The notes: generated from the sequence alone by a model not told the origin. Positions 9,601 through 17,450 are shown, numbered from the stretch's first letter. The stretch is DNA of 23,393 bases from Myxococcota bacterium (GCA_036338695.1 JAYZBQ010000006.1:1-23393); one strand, 5' to 3'. A program made the numbers and translations.

Positions 9601-10183
9601 AGCTGAGCATTTTACCCAAGCCGCCAACTCTTTTGAGGCCGCCGGCAACACGCTCGGTTTGGCCAATTGCACCAACGCGCTGGGTAACATAGCGCGCCAA
9701 AACGGACACTTTGATCAGGCAGAGAAAGCGTTCAAAGAGGCTGTGAGACTTCACCAAAAGATCGGTTCCGCTCAGGATCTGACGCCGATGATGAGTCTGG
9801 CTCTGGCTCACCTTGAAACAGACAACATCGGCGCGGCCCGGACCCTGCTCGAGACCGGGTGCACGCGTTGCCGAGCGACGCAAAAACGTCACATGCTGGG
9901 CTGCGCGCTCGCCTGCCTTCTGCCTTGCTACGCCAGCGCCGAGGATTGGAAGTCGTGGGACGCAGCGATCGACGAATCGCGCGACCTGCTCAACGAGACC
10001 GGCGTCTTGAGCACCGACGTCGCCTGGCCGGTGCAGATGGGGGCTGAGCTCGCGCTCGAGGCGGGTGAGCGCGCCCGCGCCAAAGCCGCCTATGAGCTCG
10101 CCCTCAAGCAGTGGATGGGGCTCGCGCAGGACGAGAAAATCGGTGAGGTGATGAACGCCGTCAACGCCCTGATCGACGATTAG
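6620..10183 (+). CDS. Hanks-type Ser/Thr protein kinase fused to a STAND-type (AAA_16-like) ATPase and C-terminal TPR repeats
   Basis: Kinase: IGEGGMGTVW, VAVK, HRDLKPDN, DFG, GTPRYMAPEQ, DLYALG. ATPase: Walker A GGPGSGKS (7883-7906), Walker B VILWMDDVQW, GNPLF motif. TPR-like helices follow (e.g. LANCTNALGNIARQNGHFDQAEKAFKEAVRL). Confidence 0.92.
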   Translation: MHGVYSLGPFDIMEPIGEGGMGTVWRGVHRAQQLPVAVKFVLSKSAGSNDLMERFADEVRAVAGLDHPGIVSVFDYGRVPAELEAATHGQLIADSPWLAMELITGGTLRSAPPKNWEELHACITAILEALGAAHARGILHRDLKPDNVLFAGQNDVRGGLRLVDFGLAFLDEGQDDADERKAAGTPRYMAPEQLLSHWRDFGPWTDLYALGCLAWQLCTGETPFQSMRDFRQLLRAHLHMAPPAFKPIFKVPKSFEVWLRTLLAKRRTDRFPFAADALSALPAIDAGDQQARLVNLGPDDETEILDKTVPDLPSAASLDLKTEKTLLSDQTAPSIEIERVSGGLESPTSGLIDLERTVPEMPDEWLRAGDEQARLQMIGVGLGLFGLRPTALIGRQDEQTALWAALKDVRAHGRSKLVVLQGGPGSGKSRLADWLTTRSHETGAAITLRCNHDAQSNSKSGLPGALNRYLHTAGLNREELEDRVRKQLQRHGVEDPFELRALCDFLHQENEASLSDLSLSMQFQSPDERLALLIRFLRRTACQRPVILWMDDVQWGDEALMLAQRVQRLSDQEQLPVMILMTLRDDLIDDRPFEQQLINELDPAQTLQLAIAPLPDIDQVALVEDMLGLEPKLARKVVSRSQGNPLFAIQLVGDWVQRGVLEIGKTGFALKPGTKAVIPSSIAQVWNERIDALLRELPSDSERMLELGAVLGNEIDRAEWSDACAHEGIELAPELIEGLLRRRLAEPAGGDRLRHAHGLLGEALLARAKAAHRAKEHHQACAQMLTAKAGQLGIAERRSRHLIAAGSHEEALKPLLQAASERRASSDFRQALRLLDIHAKASSRLKLSSDDERLLRAQIRRSEIYNVLGRSEESKALAGQTLSAARKLNETYLVGASLRVLGVSTLRSGATQDAWEMFEEALKHLNAVDADELIVQTQLNLVDLSRHVGWWEQGLKHVQQSLEHANRLGSDLLIGNAHFYSGTLQWQLENRREAAEHFTQAANSFEAAGNTLGLANCTNALGNIARQNGHFDQAEKAFKEAVRLHQKIGSAQDLTPMMSLALAHLETDNIGAARTLLETGCTRCRATQKRHMLGCALACLLPCYASAEDWKSWDAAIDESRDLLNETGVLSTDVAWPVQMGAELALEAGERARAKAAYELALKQWMGLAQDEKIGEVMNAVNALIDD

Positions 10184-10201
10184 GTCAAGCGCAGGCTCAG
10201 C

Positions 10202-11587
10202 TCAGTCGACGGGCGAGACGTAGAGCAACCCCAGGCACATCTCATCGGTGGTCCCCTCACCCCAGATCACGTCGCGCGGCTCGATGCGCTGCCCGTCCAC
10301 GACAGGCTGACGCTCAGGGGTGTTGTCCCACTCACAGTCGACGCGCACCTGATCGCCTGGATCAAAGCGCACCGGCTCGACCAAGTCGACGCTGCCTTGC
10401 CAGTTGAAGTCCCAGTCCTGAACGTCCTCAACGCAGGTGTTGCTGCCGTCAGCGCGCTGGACCGACAAGCGGATCTTCTTGCCCAGCAGGTGCATGTGCA
10501 CGCCGGCGCGGTGGATCTCGAAGGCTCGCCCCTCACCAAAGGGTAGACCGGCTGTGGTCGGGTCGTACATGAAGGTGTGGCGCACGCCCGCTTGCCCCGC
10601 CGGGATGCTCATCGGCAGGCGGTTGTTCACCCAGAACGGGTTGGTCCACGGGAGCCACATCGACGGCTTCTCGACGGCATCATCCAGACGGAACCGGATC
10701 TGGGTCCGGTCCGACTCGGGCTCATCCGTCAGCGTGTTGTAATGCACCTGCATCGCGACCACCGAACCCGGCGGGATCGCGATGCCCGTGCCGGCGGGTA
10801 GATCGGTTGCGCGCCCACCGGGCGCCCACGACCCAAGCCAGTTCACGCCGCGCCCGAGCTCTCCTGGCCCACCAAAGCAGGTGTACCCAGGCCCCTCCTC
10901 CTCGGCGTCGCGGCGACGAAACCGCTCCACTAAGCGAGGCTCCACCAAGAAGGCGATCACGTGGTGCACCATCTTGGCGTTGCCCGGGTCCACCGCAAAA
11001 CCGGTGACGTAGCGCTCTTCTTGCTCCGGCCAATCAATCAGAAAGCACCGATAATCATCAGGGGTTTGCCTCGGGATATACTCCACAGGCATCGAGATTG
11101 TCAGGTCGGTGCGGCTTAAGCCCACCTCTGGCAGCTCCGGCGCGACATAATCCGCAGGGTCCCCCTCAGGTGCGCCCGAGTCCACCCAGTCCAGCAGGGT
11201 CTGACGCTCTGCATCGGTAAGGCTGTAGTCGCCATGGTAGTCATTGCACCCTTTGGCGGGCTGCCAGGGCGGCATCGAGCCCGACTCGACCGACGCAGCC
11301 ACCGGGTGGCGGAATGCGTAGACCGACTCGTAATCGGTCAGCTCGAAAGGACCGATCTCGCCCGGTTGGTGACAGTTGGCGCAGCGCTCTTCGACCAACG
11401 CCCGGACGTCTTTATGCCAGGTAAGCTCCGGCGCCGGCGCTGCAGCGTCCGGCTGACCTGCGTCCGCGACGGCCTGCGCATCACCGGCGTCGACCGGCGT
11501 GGAGGGTTCCGGCTCGGCCTGTGTCGTCGACTGACAGCCGCTCAACAGCAGCGCCGCCGGCATCAACGCACACCATAGCTTCCTCAT
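10202..11587 (-). CDS. Copper type II (PHM/DBH-like) monooxygenase lipoprotein with an N-terminal CxxCH module
   Basis: Lipobox LLSG-C and AAGGAG SD. CANCH plus MPPW near the N-terminus. Copper ligands: VHHVIAF and MQVHYN (CuH site), VHMHLLG and DEMC (CuM site). WDFNWQ motif. Confidence 0.88.
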   Translation of the reverse strand: MRKLWCALMPAALLLSGCQSTTQAEPEPSTPVDAGDAQAVADAGQPDAAAPAPELTWHKDVRALVEERCANCHQPGEIGPFELTDYESVYAFRHPVAASVESGSMPPWQPAKGCNDYHGDYSLTDAERQTLLDWVDSGAPEGDPADYVAPELPEVGLSRTDLTISMPVEYIPRQTPDDYRCFLIDWPEQEERYVTGFAVDPGNAKMVHHVIAFLVEPRLVERFRRRDAEEEGPGYTCFGGPGELGRGVNWLGSWAPGGRATDLPAGTGIAIPPGSVVAMQVHYNTLTDEPESDRTQIRFRLDDAVEKPSMWLPWTNPFWVNNRLPMSIPAGQAGVRHTFMYDPTTAGLPFGEGRAFEIHRAGVHMHLLGKKIRLSVQRADGSNTCVEDVQDWDFNWQGSVDLVEPVRFDPGDQVRVDCEWDNTPERQPVVDGQRIEPRDVIWGEGTTDEMCLGLLYVSPVD

Positions 11588-11654
11588 CAGCGCACTCCTT
11601 TACGATGGTCTCATGGCGACGCGCGCCCACCGCGCAGCGCCTCGCAGGAGGGGT

Positions 11655-13889
11655 CTACCAAGGGACGAAGCGCAGCGCCTTTTGGCGCAGGCGGGTCACC
11701 TGCCCACGGGTCTGATACACCACGCCGAGCCCGCGGTTGTTCTGAGCCGACTGGATGCCGATGCTTAGGTTCCGGTTCGTGTAGATCGCATCCTGGTACA
11801 TGATCGTGATCTCATTCGTTCCCTCGGTCAGGATGATCCGGTAATCCTGGGGATTACCCGCCTGACCATATTCTCGTCCATCTCGCTCATAGATCATCTG
11901 CCGGCTGCCCGGGTTGCCCACGGTGGTGAACACGGCGTTCGGTGAGTTGATATCACCCCAGAAGGCGGCGATGCCCGGCCCGTAAAACGAAGCGACCGGG
12001 ATGCGGGATCCAGAACAGCACTGGGAGCCGCGCGGGCGGGTGAAGTGAATGGTCCCGTTCGAGGTCGTGTAGAACTGCGTGTACTCTTGACCATAGAAGG
12101 TGAAGGTAAACCCGATCGGGTGCGGACCGGTGATCGAATCATCGCCGTAGCGGATCGCCGTCGTGTTCTGCAGCGCAGGCCACGCGTAGGCGGGCCCGAT
12201 CTGGCAGGTGTCCCACTGGAACTGGTAGCCTTGCTCCTCGCTGCCGCCGCCTTCGGGCGGCTCACAGAACGCTGGAGCGGGGCCTTGGCAGTCGCCGTCG
12301 CAGGCGTCGCCGTCGTCGTTGTTGCCGTCGTCGCAGACCTCTTCGCCGCGCTGAACGAAGCCGTCACCGCACGACGCCACGGCGCAGTTCTGCACGCAGG
12401 CGTCTCGGTTGTTGTTGTTGCCGTCATCACAGGCCTCATAGCCCTCTTGCCCCTCGGCGATGTCGTCACGCTGGACCCCGTCCCCGCAGACCGCCGAGGC
12501 GCAGGAGTCGAGGCAGGCGTCGGTGTTAACCTGGTTGCCGTCGTCGCAGGACTCAAAGCCCTCTTGACCTTCGGCGATGTCCATCCGGATCACCCCATCG
12601 CCGCAGGCAGCCTCGATGCAGCTGTTGCGGCAGGCGTCGTTGTCGGCCTCGTTGCCGTCGTCGCAGGCTTCAAAGCCCTCGGCGCCTTCCTCGAGCCCGG
12701 CGCGCACGACCCCGTCACCGCAGCGGGCGATGGTGCAGGCGTTCAGGCACTCGTCTTCGTCCACGCGGTTGCCGTCGTCGCAGGCTTCATAGCCCTCGGC
12801 GCCCTCTTCCACGTTGGTCCGCAGCACGCCGTCACCGCAGGTGGCGATGACGCAGCCGTTGGTGCAGTCGTCACCGTCCTCTTCGTTGCCGTCATCGCAA
12901 GCCTCAAAACCGTCTTCACCGTTTTGCAGGTCGCGCCGCTGGACGCCGTCACCGCAGACCGCGTTGGTGCAGTCGTTACGGCAGCCGTCCGCGTCTTCGA
13001 TGTTGCCGTCATCGCACTCTTCGCCCTCGTTGAGGCGGCCGTTGCCGCAGCCGAGCGAGATGCAGGTAGTCGAGCACTCATCCTCATCCGAGTCGTTGCC
13101 GTCATCGCACTCTTCAAACTCGGGGTGTGCGGGGTTCAGGTCACGGCGATGGATGCCGTCGCCGCAGCGAGCGGCGGAGCAGTCGGTCAAGCAGGCGTCG
13201 TCCGAGTCGCTGTTGCCGTCATCGCAGGCCTCATAGCCCTCCATGCCCTCAGCGAGGTCGGTGCGCGCCGTGCCGTCGCCGCAGCGCGCCGCCGTGCAGG
13301 TGTTCAAGCAGGCGTCGAAATTGTTGCGGTTGCCGTCGTCGCACTCTTCGTTGCCTTCCCAGACGGTGCCGTCGCCGCAGCCCGCGTTGCGGCAGCGGTT
13401 GGTGCAGGCGTCGGTGTCGATCTCGTTGCCGTCGTCGCAGATCTCACCGAGCTCGGGCTGGAGCTCGCCGTCACCGCAGCCCTGCAGCTCGCAACTGTTG
13501 CTGCAGTCGTCGAGGTTGTCGTCGTTGCCGTCGTCGCACTCTTCGTAGCCCTCTTCACCCGCCCCCACGTCGGTGCGGATCACGCCGTCGCCGCAAGCTG
13601 CTCGTGCGCAGGTCGCAAGGCACGCGTCCTCATCGACGGCGTTGCCATCATCGCACGCCTCATAGCCCGCCATGCCTTCGCTCAGGTCGAGGCGGACGAT
13701 GCCGTCGCCGCAGGCGGCGTTCTTGCACTCGTTGGTGCAGGCGTCGTCGTCGACGTCGTTGCCGTCATCGCACTCCTCGGAGGCGCTGACGCGGGTGTCG
13801 CCGCAGCGAGCCGCCGGTCCTTCGGTTGAAGGCCCCGAACACGCCGCGGCAAAAAGACAAACAAAAGAAAGCAATGGGAGCCGGTTCAT
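11655..13889 (-). CDS. Myxococcota Cys-rich repeat (DUF4215-like) lipoprotein; 14 repeats plus a C-terminal nidogen/NIDO-like domain
   Basis: Lipobox FAAA-C, with GGAG SD 9 nt before the ATG. 14 CDDGN repeats. The C-terminal ~200 aa contain DD....PIGFTFTFYGQEY..FY.TSNG.I.F...IAAFWGDI, a NIDO-like signature. Confidence 0.9.
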   Translation of the reverse strand: MNRLPLLSFVCLFAAACSGPSTEGPAARCGDTRVSASEECDDGNDVDDDACTNECKNAACGDGIVRLDLSEGMAGYEACDDGNAVDEDACLATCARAACGDGVIRTDVGAGEEGYEECDDGNDDNLDDCSNSCELQGCGDGELQPELGEICDDGNEIDTDACTNRCRNAGCGDGTVWEGNEECDDGNRNNFDACLNTCTAARCGDGTARTDLAEGMEGYEACDDGNSDSDDACLTDCSAARCGDGIHRRDLNPAHPEFEECDDGNDSDEDECSTTCISLGCGNGRLNEGEECDDGNIEDADGCRNDCTNAVCGDGVQRRDLQNGEDGFEACDDGNEEDGDDCTNGCVIATCGDGVLRTNVEEGAEGYEACDDGNRVDEDECLNACTIARCGDGVVRAGLEEGAEGFEACDDGNEADNDACRNSCIEAACGDGVIRMDIAEGQEGFESCDDGNQVNTDACLDSCASAVCGDGVQRDDIAEGQEGYEACDDGNNNNRDACVQNCAVASCGDGFVQRGEEVCDDGNNDDGDACDGDCQGPAPAFCEPPEGGGSEEQGYQFQWDTCQIGPAYAWPALQNTTAIRYGDDSITGPHPIGFTFTFYGQEYTQFYTTSNGTIHFTRPRGSQCCSGSRIPVASFYGPGIAAFWGDINSPNAVFTTVGNPGSRQMIYERDGREYGQAGNPQDYRIILTEGTNEITIMYQDAIYTNRNLSIGIQSAQNNRGLGVVYQTRGQVTRLRQKALRFVPW
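12882..13541 (-). repeat. Inverted paralogous copy of window positions 1-660 (Cys-repeat stalk)
   Basis: Ungapped correspondence x <-> 13542-x at the points checked. 238-270 equals the reverse complement of 13272-13304 (33/33). 490-551 versus 12991-13052 matches at 61/62. Confidence 0.9.
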
Positions 13890-13926
13890 GGGCGGTCACT
13901 CCGTAACGTACTGTAGTTCAGTCTGG

Positions 13927-13955
13927 ACTATAGCGGCTCTGCGCGGACTTGTCAG
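13927..13955 (-). promoter_or_regulatory. Sigma70-type promoter for the Cys-repeat lipoprotein (and possibly the monooxygenase)
   Basis: Minus strand reads CTGACA (13955-13950)-17 nt-TATAGT (13932-13927). Both hexamers match consensus at 5/6, and the -10 ends 37 nt upstream of the ATG. Confidence 0.65.
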
Positions 13956-13990
13956 CCAAGACGATGAGAGGGGGGCAACTCGCCGGCCAA

Positions 13991-14019
13991 TTGTGCTGTC
14001 TCATGATGTCTGCCATAGT
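13991..14019 (+). promoter_or_regulatory. Possible divergent promoter for the ORF at 14046
   Basis: TTGTGC-17 nt-CATAGT with a TGn extended -10, 26 nt upstream of ATG 14046. Confidence 0.3.
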
Positions 14020-14045
14020 GGGCGTCGGACCAAGAAGAACCCACC

Positions 14046-14975
14046 ATGCCATTGATCATCGCCGAGCAAGTTAAAGTTTGGATCGCTGCGGCGATGGTCC
14101 ACGGAGGCGTTCGGCAGCGCGCAGCGCGACGCGCGCAGACGATCATCGGCGGGCTGGCGGTCGGTCGCTCGCTCGACGATGTAGGAGCCACCACGCATCA
14201 TGGGGAAACACGACTCCGGTGTACCAAATACGATCTCGGGAGCGGTTTTCGTTTGGTGGTCCTGCTTCGAACGAGCGGCATCATCGTCTTGTACATCAAT
14301 CATCATGACGGCACCGATCAATGGCTCAACCAACTTCAAGGCAGCGTCTTTCGTGTCGAGGGCATCGATGACGACATCGAGTTACCGCAGCTCGAGACCA
14401 CCGAACCCTTACCAGCGTCTCATGACCTAACGAGCCCGGAGCGCTTGCTGGCAGCGGTCTGTGACAGCGACCTCAACCACCTCCCGCTCAAGCCAGGCGA
14501 GGTGAACGCGCTGAGTCGCTTGACCAACCTCAGCTCGGATCGAGAGCTTGCTCAAGCCGTCGCCCCACTCGGAGACTTGGCGCAACCGATGCTCCGAGTG
14601 CTTCAATTCCTTCGAAACGGAGATAACTTTGCCGCCGCACGAGCGCTCCATGCGCTCCAAGAAAGCGCAGTGACGCCACCGCCCGAAACCTCTGCAGAAT
14701 CCGAGCCGGCGCCCGAACCGCTCGCGCAACCAAGCAAGCCACGCACCAAAAAGGCGAAGAGAGCAGCTCGGCGCCAGGCGCGCCGTCAAGAGAAGCTCGA
14801 CCAGAGTTCACACTATGAAACCATGACACGATCGAGCCTTCGGGCCTGGGCGCGTCAGACCGCCGAGCAACAGCCACCGGGCGTCACCGAGCCGGCTCAA
14901 GCCGGTGACCAAGACGACGACGATGCGCTCGGTTTTGCCAAGCTGCTGGAGCGCTTTGAACGCGGTGAACTCTAA
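14046..14975 (+). CDS. Hypothetical protein; N-terminal ~200 aa resemble the RelE/ParE-like N-terminal region of some UvrD-family helicases, followed by a low-complexity tail
   Basis: The only long ORF filling the gap. Motif T.HGETRL.C.KYDLGSGFRLV......I.LYI..HD..D.WL; the family resemblance is from memory and unverified. No Walker A. Tail is Pro/Glu- then Lys/Arg-rich. Confidence 0.7.
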   Translation: MPLIIAEQVKVWIAAAMVHGGVRQRAARRAQTIIGGLAVGRSLDDVGATTHHGETRLRCTKYDLGSGFRLVVLLRTSGIIVLYINHHDGTDQWLNQLQGSVFRVEGIDDDIELPQLETTEPLPASHDLTSPERLLAAVCDSDLNHLPLKPGEVNALSRLTNLSSDRELAQAVAPLGDLAQPMLRVLQFLRNGDNFAAARALHALQESAVTPPPETSAESEPAPEPLAQPSKPRTKKAKRAARRQARRQEKLDQSSHYETMTRSSLRAWARQTAEQQPPGVTEPAQAGDQDDDDALGFAKLLERFERGEL

Positions 14976-14993
14976 CCACGCACGATCAGCAGG

Positions 14994-16637
14994 TCAGGGG
15001 TTGTTGCGCAGGTCCCACTCGATGCGCTCGACATCCAGCGTCGACACGCCGGGGTCGAGGAGGATGTAATCCAAGCCAAGCGAGAGCGAGTCAGGATACG
15101 AGAACTCGGTCTCTTGGGCGCCACAGAATAAAGCTGAGTAGTCGACGACGCCGTCCGAGTTCCATGACAGCATGATGCTGAGCTCGGGATAGACACCATC
15201 ACGATCCGGTCGGCAGTCAGTCGCTTGGCCCACCACAGCGCCGCCATCACCGGTGTTGGCACCCACTGCAAGTTGTCCACTATCATCGATCGTGCGGACC
15301 TCGAGACGGCCCGGCCCAGACCGGTTCCCTACAACCACACGAAACGGCTGATCCAATTCGTACGGGCTGCGCCTAAGCTGGGTCAGCTTTAGTGAGCGAA
15401 CACGCTGAGGGTAGGGAAACAAGGGTTTGAACGCGGCGCGATGAAACCGAGAGCGAGCCGGCTCGGCGCCTTCGACCACCTCCGGTCGTGACCCCTCACC
15501 GAGCAGGATCCACTTTGAGAGGCGCTCGGCTGCGAGCACATCATACGTCTCCACCTGTCGACCGACCAGCAAGCCAAGGTCTTGATGACCGAGCAACCGA
15601 CTCCACCCACGAACATCATCAACCAACCCCGGAAAGCTCTGGCTGTAGGTCCAACTTCCAGCCACGCCGCTTCGACGCCCGGCGATCAGGTCCTCCGAGC
15701 CTTGCTGCCGCTGAGTCAGCGCGCCGATGAAGTCGGCGGTGCCAGCGACCATGCCGTCGATAAGGAGCCTGAGCTGATTGGACGTGTTGGCGCCGGTGTA
15801 GACAACGGTGAGTTGGTACCACCGATTGGGGTCAAGCCGCCGGGTGGTGCCAAGGACGGTTGAAGTCCCTTGCCGGCTCAGCTCAAAATGCGGACGCCAT
15901 CCCGTCCCGTCATGGCGAATTTCCAAGTCAAAGCCGGGCGCGCTGTAGAGCGTTGCTGCGTCTAAATACGCACCTTGCGATGTGATCTGAACCCGCATCG
16001 AGAGCGTCATAGCGCTCATAAAGGCGTCTTGCGCGATGGGTACAATCACCGCCGCCCTCTCGATCCCGCTAAAATTGAGCGAGGTCGCGTCGTTTGAGAA
16101 CCGAAGGTCCTCACCAAGGCTCGAGGTCACACCATCGGGGACCTGAAAGCCGCGCCCCAACTGCCCGTTGAAGCGCACGCACAGGTCAAGCTCCGCTTGG
16201 TAGGCCTCGCTCGCCACGCCGAGCGCCTCATCCGAGCTTAAGTTGCATGGCGTATCGACCTGATACCGGATCGGAAGGCGCTCGCAGACGGCTTCGTCAA
16301 CGTCTCCGTCGCAGTCATTGTCCATACCATCGCAGACCTCCACGGAGGGTAAGTCGCAGCCGGCGTCCTGGCGCGGCGGCTCGGCGTCGAGCGCTTGGGC
16401 GTCGAGCGCGCCGGCGTCCCACACAGGCGGCGCCGCATCAATGGGGAAGGCGCCTGCGTCGCCAGGGATCACCAAAATGCCGCTGTCCGCTCCGCCCGCG
16501 TCGTGCGCGCCACCAGGACCGGCTTCAGGGGTCGCTGCGACCTCAAAATCGGCGGGGATGGGCGAGAACCACGAGCTCGTCAGCGCCTGACAGCCGCTTG
16601 AGCCGATGAGCGCGAAGACAAGCCCCCAAATCCTCAC
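14994..16637 (-). CDS. LamG-like jelly-roll lipoprotein with a MopE-like Cys motif (paralogue 3)
   Basis: GTG 16637 overlaps the upstream TGA (GTGA). Lipobox SSG-C, DAG linker and EVCDGMDNDCDGDVDE. LamG motifs RWYQLTVVY...LRLLIDG...FPGLVDDVRGWSR. Confidence 0.82.
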   Translation of the reverse strand: MRIWGLVFALIGSSGCQALTSSWFSPIPADFEVAATPEAGPGGAHDAGGADSGILVIPGDAGAFPIDAAPPVWDAGALDAQALDAEPPRQDAGCDLPSVEVCDGMDNDCDGDVDEAVCERLPIRYQVDTPCNLSSDEALGVASEAYQAELDLCVRFNGQLGRGFQVPDGVTSSLGEDLRFSNDATSLNFSGIERAAVIVPIAQDAFMSAMTLSMRVQITSQGAYLDAATLYSAPGFDLEIRHDGTGWRPHFELSRQGTSTVLGTTRRLDPNRWYQLTVVYTGANTSNQLRLLIDGMVAGTADFIGALTQRQQGSEDLIAGRRSGVAGSWTYSQSFPGLVDDVRGWSRLLGHQDLGLLVGRQVETYDVLAAERLSKWILLGEGSRPEVVEGAEPARSRFHRAAFKPLFPYPQRVRSLKLTQLRRSPYELDQPFRVVVGNRSGPGRLEVRTIDDSGQLAVGANTGDGGAVVGQATDCRPDRDGVYPELSIMLSWNSDGVVDYSALFCGAQETEFSYPDSLSLGLDYILLDPGVSTLDVERIEWDLRNNP

Positions 16638-17404
16638 GGAAGCGCCGCCCACGCGGCGCCAGCCCCGCCGACGACCAAGCCACCGAGAATCAGGGACTGC
16701 GCCGTGCTCTGGCGCGCCCGGTTGGCGTCGACGTCATAGGTCGGGAGCGCCTTCTGCTCCTCGTGGGTGGTGCGCACCTGCTCGAGCAGCCACAGCCCGC
16801 CGACGAGACCGCCAAAGCCGACGGCGCTCACCGCCCAGCGTGCGCGCTTGCTCGGGCTCGCAACCGGCTCGGCGGTCGTCTTCGGCGCAGCCTTCGCTGC
16901 GGGCTGCGCAGCGCTCGCTGCCGGCGCCAACTCAGCGTTTTGCGGCATCGCCGCGAGCGCCTCTGGGATGATCTTTTCAAAACTCGGGATCAAGCCGGCT
17001 TCATCCGCCACCATGGCGACTTTACGCGCCAGCACTTTGGCCTCTTCGACCGCTAAAATCTTGAGCGTGACGACAAACTGACCGCCGACCTTCGAGATGG
17101 TCGAGTCCATCAGATAGGGCACCCCGAGGGCGCCGCCGAGCTCGGCGAGGCAGTTGGTGTCATCGCAGCCAAGGGCTGCCTTCTGCTGCTCCATGTCCAC
17201 CATGGCGGCGATGTCCGAGCCACCGATCACCGACGAGAACACGCCCGAGTCTTTTAGCCGCGCCAGCAAGACCTCATTGAGCACCTGAGCTAAGCTCGGC
17301 TCGATCCCATGCACCGCCTTGACCTCGGTCACGGCGATGCCCGGTTTCTCCGCAGCGGCGGACGGCGCAGCCATGAGGAACACACTCAGTAACATCACCT
17401 TCAC
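16634..17404 (-). CDS. Secreted protein with a CsgG/TolB-N/FlgO-like alpha/beta domain, Ala/Pro linker and C-terminal Gly-rich hydrophobic hairpin
   Basis: GTG 17404 after GAGG gives a clean Sec signal, MKVMLLSVFLMAAPSAAA-E (alternative starts 17419 and 17395). Domain pattern IAV...L...L......VI...DI..M...E.QK..LGC....CLAELGGALGV.Y. Two GGxxxG-rich hydrophobic segments at the C-terminus. Confidence 0.75.
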   Translation of the reverse strand: MKVMLLSVFLMAAPSAAAEKPGIAVTEVKAVHGIEPSLAQVLNEVLLARLKDSGVFSSVIGGSDIAAMVDMEQQKAALGCDDTNCLAELGGALGVPYLMDSTISKVGGQFVVTLKILAVEEAKVLARKVAMVADEAGLIPSFEKIIPEALAAMPQNAELAPAASAAQPAAKAAPKTTAEPVASPSKRARWAVSAVGFGGLVGGLWLLEQVRTTHEEQKALPTYDVDANRARQSTAQSLILGGLVVGGAGAAWAALP

Positions 17405-17450
17405 TCTCCCCCTCGCCATGCCTGACGCAGACCACCTGAGCGCCGGCGCG

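Noticed and set aside
1045..12280. Diversity-generating retroelement or shufflon as the explanation for the variable tips
   Set aside because: I saw no reverse transcriptase, no template/variable repeat pair with adenine-specific mismatches, no site-specific recombinase and no short crossover sites.
12045..13829. 594-aa + strand ORF, and the similar antisense ORF at 487-1248
   Set aside because: These are antisense shadows of the Cys-repeat genes. The Val/Ala-rich pseudo-repeats mirror the real repeat codons, and stops are rare in high-GC DNA.
11655..13889. TraA kin-recognition receptor
   Set aside because: TraA has an N-terminal variable domain, C-terminal Cys repeats with a MYXO-CTERM and an adjacent traB (OmpA/beta-barrel). 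Here the order is reversed, the anchor is a lipobox and no traB is present.
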